From: a virus
Lineage: Duplodnaviria; Caudoviricetes
Direction: 5' to 3' (one strand)
Virus record (IMG/VR): IMGVR_UViG_3300037323_000213
Location: 1-58,317 of that record
DNA length: 58,317 nt
Shown: positions 28,983 to 38,886 of the stretch, piece by piece
How positions within the stretch are numbered: the stretch's first letter is position 1
Layout: each line of letters begins with the position of its first letter
Program-made: the position numbers and the translations under genes
Notes under the pieces: model-generated
Told to the model about the DNA's origin: nothing
Databases searched by the model: none
Seen by the model: only the letters and a program-made list of their open reading frames with translations

Positions 28983-29141
28983 ACCGCATCGCTCTCAATC
29001 GTCTACACCGATGAGGCGATAGAGGAGTGCAAAACCTTCTTTACCAAAAAGGCCTGCTACGTGAACACCGATGGCAGTTTCATCAACAACCTAAACGTCG
29101 ACACAATTGACTTTGTGCTGCGCAACATGACTGGCCCCTAA
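28983..29141 (+). CDS. Virion RNAP beta'-like subunit, exon 3
   Basis: Reads TASLSIVYTDEAIEECKTFFTKKACYVNTDGSFINNLNVDTIDFVLRNMTGP*; the spliced product is 539 aa and ends 6 nt before the next gene. Confidence 0.85.
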   Translation, partial: TASLSIVYTDEAIEECKTFFTKKACYVNTDGSFINNLNVDTIDFVLRNMTGP

Positions 29142-29147
29142 ACGACC

Positions 29148-30929
29148 ATGGCCCTCCTCACCTACCCCGCCTTTTACCGCCGCTTTGGGGTACGCACCAT
29201 CGCTCAGGTCGCAGCACCTCCCACGACCGACCTGAGCTTGCTGAACCTGCCTATGAGTGCGGTGTACCACTACGTCACCTACGACGGCGTAGAACTCGGG
29301 CCACCCTCGGATGACTACTTGTTTCGCCACATCACCAAGCCCATCTTGGTGGGGCATGTCTTGGAGCTCGCCGAGGACAAGGGCAACCCCCGCAAGCTCG
29401 GTGTGAACGTGCAAGCCTTGGTGCGCGACTATCACGCGCGCCACCGCAGGACCCGCCCACTGCGCAGCTTAGAAGTCGCTGACCGAGATAAGACCACCCT
29501 GCTCGTGTACAACTACTGCTTGCTGGCCAAGAACCAGCGCTACGTGCGCAGCTTCTTCACCGAGTACTACAAGTGGTACAACCAGTTCTCCACCGTCATG
29601 CAAACGCTGGCCAGCGTGGCAGCACTCTCTGAGCGCCAGCAGTTCTTGATGCTAAGAGTTCCCGCTGTCATCCCAAGCATGCAGCAGCTGGGCATGGCAA
29701 GCGGCACGATCAACCAAGCCACTTTGAAGACACTGAGGGGCGAGGACGCCTACGTGTTCTTGGAGCTGTGGAAGTGGCTAAGCGCAGAGCGCGCCAGCAG
29801 CTTGTTCTCCAAGATCCCGGCGAACAAACTGCAGCAAATCAACTTGGTCTACCAAGAGAGCGCAAAGTGGTGCACGATCAACCTGGGCGTGCTCAACAGC
29901 TTTCGAGACAACAAGGACGACCCGCTCCTGGCTGAGTACCTAACGCCCGCCAAGCAAGTGATCGATGCCACGCAGCTGCAAAAGCGCGTGGTGCGCATGC
30001 TGATGACGCTGATGGAGGTAAGGACACTGACTGCCAACGCGGGCGAGGACGCTGAGCTGGGTGTGGGTGCACCCACACCATCCAAGCTGGCCCAAAAGCT
30101 AAGCACTGACACGGATGAGGACGAGCTCGGTGAGCGCGCCAGTGAGTTCACCGACGTGCCAGGTCAAAACACGGGCTTTGAGGACGAGGAGGACCAAGCG
30201 CTTAACCTGCCCCAGGAGCAAGCAGCGCTGGCCACCGTGGACGCAGACATCCAACTCGATGAGGACGATGAGGGCGCACAGGCGCGCATCTTGGCTGAGG
30301 ACGCCCAGCTCGATGAGGACTTGGCTCAGTTAAACGAGATCGCGCGGCGCCAAGAGAGTCAGACCAGTGAGGACGAGGCACCCTTGGCCGAGGTGATTTT
30401 GGAGGCCAAAGACACCAGCTTGGAAGACGGCATCCTCTTTGTGTGCGACCGCTTGGCCGATGACGGCTTGCTCTCAGCAGCGGAGTACCGCCGGTTCACA
30501 AAACTGGCCAATGCCTACAAGAGCCTAAGCGCCCCAGACGGCAAAAGCACGCTGGAGGAATTCATCAAGATCCCCCCAGAGGTGCTGAAGATCACCGGCT
30601 CATCCAGCGTGCCTGACTCCACGAGCGTCTTGGACAAAACCATGCTCAAGAGCAGTTTGCTCGACTTTGATCAGCGCTACATCGAGCAGGTGATGGCCAA
30701 GGACACCGCTGCCTTTGTGCTCAACGTGCAAAAGGCAGGCGTTGCTGTTACGGGCTACAAAGTCGAGCGGGTCGATGATGTCTTGGGTGGCTACGAGATG
30801 CACAGCCTGCGCCTAGCACCCGTGGTCGGTGTGCCCTCCACGCTGCGCTTTAAGTTACCAATCGTGCAGGCCGATGGCACTTACTCGTCTAATGGGGTTC
30901 GCTACCGCCTCAGGAAACAACGCGGCGAT
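29148..30929 (+). CDS. Virion RNAP beta-like subunit (phiKZ gp178-like), exon 1
   Basis: 594 codons ending NGVRYRLRKQRGD, followed immediately by a TAA inside the intron. Confidence 0.85.
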
Positions 30930-31411
30930 TAAAACCCCCCTGTGATGTGCTAAAAGGCATGCCTCAGGAAACAGGTCGCCGTACCGCAGAAATGCGGTAC
31001 TAGAAAACCTACCTAACTGCGGGAAAACGTCTACAATCTTGCTGGCTACCACTTGCGCGCAGAAACGCAGCGCAACACCTGTGGAGATAACGCTCCTCAT
31101 CAGGCACGGTGAAAACGCCAGTCCAAGAGACATGATCCGCAACGAAGGCGCTAAGGACCCATAGGTCTAAGCGCTGTGTTCAGAGGCCATCGAAAGCTAA
31201 TTGCGCAGAAACTGCGCATAATCACACCGGTCTAAAATCTGGTGGTGGCTTGGCAACAAGCCATTAAAGCGAGTAGAGTAGGGCGCGCTCTTATCCAGCG
31301 CGTGATCGAGAGATCGCAAGGCTTTTATTGGCCTTGAGCCGAAACGGTAGGCACCCTACCTCCCCCTTTGCGGGGGAGCGGGTGGTGATATGGTCCACTT
31401 TGGATGGGGTG
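30930..31411 (+). mobile_element. Group I intron 3 (beta gene), no ORF
   Basis: IGS GTCGCCG (30975-81) pairs with exon CGGCGAU; P AACTGCGGGAA, Q GATCCGCAAC, R GTTCAGAGGCCA and S GATATGGTCC (compensated P7); terminal G at 31411; the junction restores KQRGD|LPIRK. Confidence 0.9.
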
Positions 31412-32842
31412 CTCCCCATTCGCAAAACAGCCCCAGCAAAGGTGTCGCTCACGTCGTACTACGGCAAAGCGTTCATCAACCGAGGCAAGCGCAAAACGGA
31501 CGACTACGGCTACTGGCTGCAGTGCCAGGTGATCGCAAAGGGCCTGGACCCGCTGGAGAGATCAATCACCGAGCTGGTTGCAGACAATGTGTTCGATCCC
31601 ACCGCAGCAGTCCCTCGGTGCTTTAGCGCCATCGCGGTGGTGGCCAAAAGCTTGGTGGCCCGAGGCTACCAGCTCAACTTTTCTTTGGCCGAGAAGCAGC
31701 AGCTCTACCCGCCCGAGGCCATCGCGGCGCTTGAGAAAAACGGCTCGGTGCTGCTGGGCAAGAACGCGCTGGGTGGCTTCTTGGTGCTCGACACAGCAGG
31801 CACCGTGTACACCGTGCAGGACAAGGAGCTCGTACCCTTTGGCAGCTTGGAGTCTTTTTTGAACATCGACTTGCAACTCGCCCCCGTGGAGTCAGCCGGT
31901 GTCGTGGTGTTTGGTAAAGAGATTCCCATTGGTGTCGTGCTGGGCTACAACTTGGGCTTTGACAAGTTGCTGCGCCTGTTGAAAGTGCAGCCACGGCGCG
32001 TGGCCGCTGGGGCAAGACTGAACTTGCAGTCTCACGAGTACGTGCTCACCTTCAGCGACGAGTCCCTCGTGTTCTCCCGAGACGACCGGTTTGCCTCGAT
32101 GGTGCTGGGTGGGTTTACCACCTACCACCGAACGATCAAGCTCTTTAGCGTGCACAGCTTTGATAAGCGAGGCGTGTACCTAAACGTGCTAGAAGCCAAC
32201 AACCTGGGCACGCGCTACATCCGAGAGCTCGATTTGATGTACCGCATGTTTGTGGACCCCATCACGCGCGACTTGCTCGTGGAGATGAAGGAGCCCACGA
32301 CGTTCCAAGGCCTGTTGCTCAGAGCGTGTGAGATGCTGCTCGATGACAACACGCCCATGGAGCTGGACCCCGCGTTCATGCGCATCAAGGGCTACGAGCG
32401 CATGAGTGGGGCGGTCTACACCGAGCTCATCCAGTCGCTGCGCGCGCACAACGGGCGCTTGGGCAAGTCAAACGCACCAATTGAGATGAACCCCTACGCG
32501 GTGTGGAAACGCATCTCTGAGGACCCCTCCAAGGCCCAGGTAAGCGAGATCAACCCGATCAAGGAGCTCAAAGAGTTGGAGGCGGTCACGTTTGGGGGCA
32601 CTGGGGGGCGCAGCTCGCGCTCCATGGTAAAGCTCACGCGCGCGTACCACCCCAACGACATGGGCACCATCTCAGAGTCCACCGTGGACAGCTCAGACGT
32701 GGGTATCAACATCTTCATGTCACCTGACCCGCAGTTCACTTCGCTTCGCGGCATCTCCAAGCGCTACGACTTTGACAAAGGTGGTGCAACATCTCTCTTG
32801 TCAACCTCCGCCCTCTTGAGCGTAGGATCTGACAGAGATGAT
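31412..32842 (+). CDS. Virion RNAP beta-like subunit, exon 2
   Basis: LPIRK...RIKGYER...GTGGRS...YHPNDMG.ISEST.DS.DVG...SDRDD, matching RpoB-like motifs. Confidence 0.88.
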
Positions 32843-34265
32843 TAACAAACTGTACTGCTATGAACTAAACACACCTATTCTATGAACAAAAGGAGTACGT
32901 GATGAATAGTGTTAAAACTGAAGATGATTTTGAGTTGGTAAAGATCCCAGGATACAGCAGCTACTGTGTCAACCGAATGGGCCAAGTGTTTAACGTCTTG
33001 AGCCAATCCTTTCTTTCTGGCAGCGTGAATCCAGCGGGTTACAGAAATTTCCGATTAAAGAGCGACGTAGGCTATACGCTTACATGGGGACGGCATCGAT
33101 TGCTCGGCTACGTTTTCATTCCGTGCCAAGGCACCATTGAGGGATTGATCATCAATCACAAAAATGGTATCAAAGGGGACGATCGTTTAGATAATTTGGA
33201 ATGGGTGACTTATCAAGAAAATGCTGAACATGCTGGTGCAATGGGGTTAACCTCGAAGTGCCTGCCTGTGTCGGTGCGCAACGTTGATACTGGGGAAGTA
33301 GACAATTATCCCAGTATAGTCGAGTGCGCACGAGACTTGGGCGTGTCAAAGGACACGATCAATTGGCGTGTAAAGATAGGTGAGTCAAGGGTTTTTCCAG
33401 AAAGAAAGCAATACCGGTTGTTTCAACCCGATGCACCCTGGTGCATCGTTGAAGGCACTGACAAGGCGTTGGTTAAAAACGGTTTGCGCAAAGCCGCTAA
33501 CTTGAGAAACGTCCTAGACGGAACAACAAAATCGTTTGCTATGGTGAGTGATTTAGCGCGGTGGATTGACGTACCGGACTCAACCATTACGCTCTGGATC
33601 AACCAACCTGATCAACCGGTGCTGCCTGGGTTCATTCAAATCAAGTGGGCGTGTGACAAAACCCCGTGGCGTGAGGTAATCGATCCATACTTAGAAGCTG
33701 CTCGTTATTCGAAAAAGCAGCCTGTGCGTATTGTTAACCGAGCCACTGGACAAGCAACAATCTTTGCTTCTTCCACGGATTGTTGCAGAGTCATGAACAT
33801 CAAGCCAACACTTTTAAATTACCGCTTAAAGTCAGCCGGGTCAACCGTATTTTCAGATAACCACACCTACGATAAATACCGAGGTGTTTCAGAGCAGTAA
33901 ACAGTTTATGGTCCCACAGGCTGGCAACGGTCTGATGGAATTTTCCTTAATTGACGGGGACATCCTCCAGAGCTTGCACCTACCAAACCACGTTCGGAAA
34001 CTGCGTGGTGGCCAGACTAACTCTCTGGGTACGGTAACAAAGGTGAAGATTGGATAATCCGCAGCGAAGCTCCTACCTATGGCTGTGAAGCCAGACACGG
34101 AGAACGTTCAACGACTATGGCCTTATCAGCCAGTACCTGTCAAAGCGACGGGGAAACAGGAAACTCCCCTAGGTGGGAGAAGATATAGTCTCGACATCCG
34201 AGGGAAATCCCGGAGCAGTGCTTTGGTGCACGGGGACTGGTAGGCGGCCAGTTTCGAAGACATCG
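32843..34265 (+). mobile_element. Group I intron 4 (beta gene) carrying a homing endonuclease gene in the P1 loop
   Basis: 5' AAACTGTACTGCT pairs with AGCAGTAAACAGTTT (~33893-33907), enclosing the ORF; P AATTGACGGGGA, Q AATCCGCAG, R GTTCAACGACTA, S GAAGATATAGTC; terminal G at 34265; junction DRDD|PKRVNF. Confidence 0.9.
32899..33900 (+). CDS. Intron-encoded NUMOD4-HNH homing endonuclease with NUMOD1-like DNA-binding repeats
   Basis: KIPGYSSYCVNRMGQV (NUMOD4), RHRLL, INHKNGIKGDDRLDNLEWVT..EN..HA (HNH), YPSIVECARDLGVS (NUMOD1); AAGGAG RBS; more AT-rich than the flanking exons. Confidence 0.92.
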   Translation: MMNSVKTEDDFELVKIPGYSSYCVNRMGQVFNVLSQSFLSGSVNPAGYRNFRLKSDVGYTLTWGRHRLLGYVFIPCQGTIEGLIINHKNGIKGDDRLDNLEWVTYQENAEHAGAMGLTSKCLPVSVRNVDTGEVDNYPSIVECARDLGVSKDTINWRVKIGESRVFPERKQYRLFQPDAPWCIVEGTDKALVKNGLRKAANLRNVLDGTTKSFAMVSDLARWIDVPDSTITLWINQPDQPVLPGFIQIKWACDKTPWREVIDPYLEAARYSKKQPVRIVNRATGQATIFASSTDCCRVMNIKPTLLNYRLKSAGSTVFSDNHTYDKYRGVSEQ

Positions 34266-35384
34266 CCCAAGAGAGTTAACTTCATCGCAATTCAGCAAGA
34301 GCACTCCATCTCTTGCGTAAGCTACAAGCAGTTCACGGTGCGCACGGGCTACGACAGCGTGATTGCTCACCGTACCTCCAGCATGTTTGCGTTCACCGCC
34401 AGAAAGCCCGGCACCGTGAGGTCCGTTGAGGCCAAGGGCATCATTGTGGACTACGACGATGAGACAGTACAAGGCTATGAGCTTGGGCGGCGCTACGGCA
34501 ACGCCGCAGGCCTCACGGTGGCGCACAACATCGTAAGCTCACTGCGGGTGGGCGATAAGGTGGCGGTGGGCGATGTGGTGTGCTACAACGACGGCTTCTT
34601 TGAGCCCGACTTCTTTAACCCCAAAGAGGTCGTATGGAAGAACGCCACCAACGTGAAGACCGTTTTGTGGGAGTCAGCGCAAACGCTCGAAGACGCCTCA
34701 CTCATCTCCAAGCGCGTGGGAGATAAGCTCAGCACGAAGATCACGAAGGTGAAGAACATCGTGCTTACGTTTGACCAAAGCATCTCGCGCTTGGTGAAGG
34801 TGGGCTCAGCGGTCGAGGCAGACACCATTTTATGCATCATCGAAGACGCCATCACCGCAGACAACAAGCTCTTTGATGAGCAGTCCTTGGACACGCTGCG
34901 CGCATTAAGCGCGCAGACGCCGCGCGCGCACGTCAAAGGCGTTGTTGAGAAGATCGAGGTGTTCTACCACGGTGACAAAGACGACATGTCTGAGCCACTC
35001 AAGGCGCTGGCGAGTAGCAGCGACAAAGAGCTCAAGCAGTTCGCCCAAGCCACGGCGAGGACGGTGTACACGGGCAGCGTGGATGGGGGCTTTCGCATCG
35101 AGGGCAACCCCCTCGTGCTGGACTCACTGGCGGTGCGCATCTACATCACCTCCACGGTGGGGGCGGGCTTGGGTGACAAGGGTGCTTTTTGCAACCAGCT
35201 CAAAACGGTGTTCTCCGAGGTGATGGATGACGACTTGATCAGTGAGAACGGCGACATCATCGATGCCGCCTTTGGGGGCACGTCCATTGCTGCGAGGATC
35301 GTCAACAGCCCAGACATTATCGGAACCACCAACACGCTCCTGAAGGTGATCACAAAGAAAGCGCTTGCGCTGTACCGAAGCTAG
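34266..35384 (+). CDS. Virion RNAP beta-like subunit, exon 3
   Basis: PKRVNF.AIQQ.H...VRTGY...TLEDA.LIS...GDK...NQLKTV; the spliced product is about 1443 aa. Confidence 0.88.
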   Translation, partial: PKRVNFIAIQQEHSISCVSYKQFTVRTGYDSVIAHRTSSMFAFTARKPGTVRSVEAKGIIVDYDDETVQGYELGRRYGNAAGLTVAHNIVSSLRVGDKVAVGDVVCYNDGFFEPDFFNPKEVVWKNATNVKTVLWESAQTLEDASLISKRVGDKLSTKITKVKNIVLTFDQSISRLVKVGSAVEADTILCIIEDAITADNKLFDEQSLDTLRALSAQTPRAHVKGVVEKIEVFYHGDKDDMSEPLKALASSSDKELKQFAQATARTVYTGSVDGGFRIEGNPLVLDSLAVRIYITSTVGAGLGDKGAFCNQLKTVFSEVMDDDLISENGDIIDAAFGGTSIAARIVNSPDIIGTTNTLLKVITKKALALYRS

Positions 35385-35494
35385 ACGACACGCCCCACCC
35401 CCAGGCCCTTTGGGTGCCTGGGGGTGGGCACTCGTTTCAACCAATTTTATCCAACCCCCTTCGCCTAACCCTTTACCGAAAGAACCCCCGCACC

Positions 35495-35695
35495 ATGCTT
35501 TTGCAATCAAAAACCACCGTGAGCGTCTTGGCCAATGGCGCGGCACTGGCCACAGGCATCGTCAAAGAGATCAGTGGCTCTGAGGTGGCCAACACCCTGA
35601 ACGGCTCTGGCCTGAGCAGGGCCGCTTTGAGCAGCCTCATCTGCAGCCGCATCCACCTGAACTTTGCCAAGTACACCCAAGGGAGCCCCAAGTGA
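35495..35695 (+). CDS. Small hypothetical protein
   Basis: 66 aa; GTGA overlap with the next gene. Confidence 0.5.
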   Translation: MLLQSKTTVSVLANGAALATGIVKEISGSEVANTLNGSGLSRAALSSLICSRIHLNFAKYTQGSPK

Positions 35696-37134
35696 TTCAC
35701 ATCGACACCGTTCGAGAGGCCATTGCCACGGCCCAAGAATTTGACCGCCGAGGCTTGGTGCTGTGCGCAACCCCTGGCACCCCGCTTGCCAGCCTGTGCC
35801 AAAGTGCAGCGCTGTGCGATGCGACCAGCAACAACGAGACCAGCTACGAGCCCGATGCCGCCTACATCGCTCAGCAAAGCGAGGGCTGGAACCCCGAGCA
35901 GTGCAGCAAGCACACCGATGAGTTGGGTGCCATGGTGAGCGTCATTGCCAAAGCAGTCCAAGGCCATTTGAACTTTGCCAGGAGCGTGGTGAGCCCCGTC
36001 GTCCAAGCCCTGGTCAAAGAGGTCGAAGAGGACATCAAGGCGCTGCCCGTTAACTTGCAGTACGTGCTGCAAATCAAGGTGATCGATCCAGCCGAGCCAC
36101 TCTTGGAGCCCGTCTTTGAGGAGATGATCCACGCGTTCAAAGACATCTCCTACATGCCCATTGAGGGCTACTTGTCCTTGGCTGAGAAGAGTGGCTCTGA
36201 GGTGCTAGAGCTCTTGGGCACGGGAGACAAGTGCTGCGATGACGCCATTGCGCTGTGGGGGAGCAAGACAGGAGATGCGTTCTTCCAACACGTGTGGGAC
36301 TGTGTCTTTACAGCGTCCCCCACCAAGGGGCGCTTTAACAGCCTGATTGCCGACAACGCCACGGGCACCGACGCTGCGCTCACCGTGTTCTTGCTGTGCA
36401 AGAAGCTCTACGACACCCCGCCCGAGGGCACCAACCTCGCACTCCCCGCCTACAACGAGATGGTTGGTCGCCTGCGCGACCAAGCTGCCCTGCGCCTGCA
36501 CCACGCCTACGAGGAGTACGCGCGCAACTCCTCCACAGGCTTGCTGATCAGGAGCTACAGTCTGACCGAAGTCCAAGTGAACGGCAACGTGTACCGCAAG
36601 TGGTTGGAGGGTGGTGGCAACACCGCTGTCCTCTTCGGTAGCGTGCTCTCCAGCAGACCAAGCCGCTTTGTGAGCGACCTCGATGAGGGCGCGGGCCAAT
36701 TCCTGTCAACCTGGGAGCAGCACAACTTCCTGCTGTCCACCAGCGAGCGCAACAAGCGCTTTGCGCGCTACAAGGAGATCTTGCACGGCAGGCTCTTGGG
36801 CGTGGTGGGTGCTGATTTGCAAAACTGCTTTGCCCACCTGCGCCCAGGCATGCCAGCAGACACAAACATGCCTGAGTACCTGGTGTTTTTGAAGAACGCT
36901 GACGCCTTTGTGGACTCGGTCAACGAGAGTGACTTCAAGAACCTGTGGAGCTTGTCGCTCAAAGCCGTTTGCCAAAGTGCGTTTTACTACACGGGCGCTG
37001 AGAGCATCTTGGGTGGCATTGAGCGCGCGTGCCAGTGCAACGCGGGTATAGAGGTGCGTGAAGCCGCGCTCTTGTCCTTGGTGGACTACGTCGTGGACTA
37101 CGTGTGCGACCAGATGTGCCTAAGCGGCCTGTGA
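35692..37134 (+). CDS. Conserved phiKZ-like hypothetical protein (gp177-like position)
   Basis: 480-aa ORF located between the vRNAP beta gene and the head protease block. Confidence 0.65.
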   Translation: MIHIDTVREAIATAQEFDRRGLVLCATPGTPLASLCQSAALCDATSNNETSYEPDAAYIAQQSEGWNPEQCSKHTDELGAMVSVIAKAVQGHLNFARSVVSPVVQALVKEVEEDIKALPVNLQYVLQIKVIDPAEPLLEPVFEEMIHAFKDISYMPIEGYLSLAEKSGSEVLELLGTGDKCCDDAIALWGSKTGDAFFQHVWDCVFTASPTKGRFNSLIADNATGTDAALTVFLLCKKLYDTPPEGTNLALPAYNEMVGRLRDQAALRLHHAYEEYARNSSTGLLIRSYSLTEVQVNGNVYRKWLEGGGNTAVLFGSVLSSRPSRFVSDLDEGAGQFLSTWEQHNFLLSTSERNKRFARYKEILHGRLLGVVGADLQNCFAHLRPGMPADTNMPEYLVFLKNADAFVDSVNESDFKNLWSLSLKAVCQSAFYYTGAESILGGIERACQCNAGIEVREAALLSLVDYVVDYVCDQMCLSGL

Positions 37135-37150
37135 GCACAGGGGCCCACTG

Positions 37151-37876
37151 ATGGACACCAAACGACTCATCCGAGACGCCGCTCAAATCAAGGCGTGCTT
37201 AAAAGAGCTCCCAGACAACCGGGTCGTGGCCTTGCAAGAGGTGAAGATCTACGTGCCAGCTCGCTTTGCCGAGCGAAACCTGGCCTACGTGGGGGTGGAC
37301 AAGCACATCTTGGGCATCTACGCGATCACCTGCCAAGACATGTACTACGGGGTGAGCTTGATCAACGCGATGATCTCCATTGATCCCGCGGTGATGAACC
37401 GCATCAAAATCGAGGGCGATGAGTACTTGGAGTTTGTGTTCCCCCCGGGCTCCACCGTCTTTAAGTCCACGAACCTGGTGCGCACCGACACCCTCACCTA
37501 CCGCATCTACGATGAGTTCTTCTCCAGCGGGAAGATCCCGTGGTACGTGGGCTACGAGGAGCTCGGGCACATCTTTGATACCGCCCAGCACCACGCAGGC
37601 GCCAACGTGGGTGCCAACCAAGAGGTAACCCAGCTCATTGCCTCCATGGTGGCCAGAGACCCCACGGACCGCACCAAGTACTACCGCACCAAGATACAGT
37701 CACTGGGCGAGTTGCGAACCGACCCCCCAGCATTTGTCTCACTGAAAAGCGTTGAGTACTCAGCAACCAACACGACCACCAAGCTTGGTGGCTCGTACAT
37801 GTCCGTGGGCATTGTGTCTGCGCTCATCTCGCCTTCGACCCGCACGGAGAACATCGAGTCACTCCTTCGGGCCTGA
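37151..37876 (+). CDS. Conserved phiKZ-like hypothetical protein (gp176-like position)
   Basis: 241-aa ORF directly upstream of the head protease. Confidence 0.65.
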   Translation: MDTKRLIRDAAQIKACLKELPDNRVVALQEVKIYVPARFAERNLAYVGVDKHILGIYAITCQDMYYGVSLINAMISIDPAVMNRIKIEGDEYLEFVFPPGSTVFKSTNLVRTDTLTYRIYDEFFSSGKIPWYVGYEELGHIFDTAQHHAGANVGANQEVTQLIASMVARDPTDRTKYYRTKIQSLGELRTDPPAFVSLKSVEYSATNTTTKLGGSYMSVGIVSALISPSTRTENIESLLRA

Positions 37877-37979
37877 TGCCGTTTGCCATACACCCCCACT
37901 GGTTTTAAGCCAGTGGGGGTGTATGCTGCGCCATTCTGTGATGCCCTCTCCTTAACTTTTTTCTTGGAAAAACAAACTT

Positions 37980-38732
37980 ATGAACAACGTCGTCTTCACC
38001 AACACCGCTTTGAAGAACACGGGCAAGCAAGGCGTTCTGCCCAAAGACAGCGATGGGTATTACACAATGCCTGTGGGGGGACTCAATACTTGGAACTCAA
38101 GTGGTTCATGGTATTCCCACGAGGGCGCCAAAGACCTGTTTAAGAGTTCGAGCTCGTTCATGCGCCGCGTAAGCTCGGGGTGCTTAAAGGGCGAGTACGG
38201 CCACCCCAAGATGATGCCAGGCCAGTCGATGGATGACTTTGCCAACCGCGTCATGCAAATCGATGAGAAAAACGTGTGCGCGCACTTTGAGAGCATCTGG
38301 CTGGACTTTGACAAAGTCAAAGACGACCTGGGCCGCCCCGTCGTGGCCATCATGGCCAAGGTGGCGCCGTGTGGCCCCATGGGCCCCGCGCTGGCCAAGT
38401 CCTTTGAGAACCCCAAGGAAGACGTGTGCTTCTCGATCCGCGCGTTCACCGAGGACGTTCGGATCAATGGGGTACAACACCGCAACTTGAAAGAGATTGT
38501 CGTGTGGGACTTTGTGAACGAGCCGGGCATCAATGTGGCGCGCAAGTACAAAGCACCAGCGCTGGAGAGCTACGGTGAGATGTCGTTTACGAAAGCCGAC
38601 ATCGTGGCCTCGATTCCCAAAAGCGTCTCCGGCATGGCGATGGAGTCTGCGCAGGCCCCGGGCCTGCGCTTGCTGCGCGCGCTGGGGTGGGAGTTCGATG
38701 ACAAGGCCGCTCCCAGTTACTTGAAGTGGTAG
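37980..38732 (+). CDS. Head maturation serine protease (phiKZ gp175-like)
   Basis: GEYGHP (catalytic His), FSIRA (catalytic Ser) and WDFVNEPGI motifs; C-terminal ALE/AME putative self-cleavage sites. Confidence 0.85.
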   Translation: MNNVVFTNTALKNTGKQGVLPKDSDGYYTMPVGGLNTWNSSGSWYSHEGAKDLFKSSSSFMRRVSSGCLKGEYGHPKMMPGQSMDDFANRVMQIDEKNVCAHFESIWLDFDKVKDDLGRPVVAIMAKVAPCGPMGPALAKSFENPKEDVCFSIRAFTEDVRINGVQHRNLKEIVVWDFVNEPGINVARKYKAPALESYGEMSFTKADIVASIPKSVSGMAMESAQAPGLRLLRALGWEFDDKAAPSYLKW

Positions 38733-38733
38733 A

Positions 38734-38786
38734 CGGCATAAGACACGGTGCACGCTCTTTTGAGTCGTGCACCGTGTCTTATGCCG
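38734..38786. terminator. Long stem-loop ending the core operon
   Basis: CGGCATAAGACACGGTGCACG / CGTGCACCGTGTCTTATGCCG is a perfect inverted repeat. Confidence 0.7.
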
Positions 38787-38886
38787 CTTAGCTGAGGAAC
38801 CCTACTGGACACCACTGTGGGTAAAAATATTGGCACAGCTCATGGCGTGACTGTCAAGAGAGATGACAAGTGTGGTTCTGTCTAGA

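Noticed and set aside
31328-31411. ORF-track starts at 31328 and 34173 as independent genes
   Set aside because: These N-terminal extensions are intron sequence containing the S element; coding sequence starts at the 3' splice sites 31412 and 34266.
26527-35384. Reading the RNAP genes as frameshifted pseudogenes or as intein-containing genes
   Set aside because: The interruptions contain stop codons and group I RNA motifs, and removing them restores conserved motifs in frame. No intein Cys/His-Asn termini were seen.
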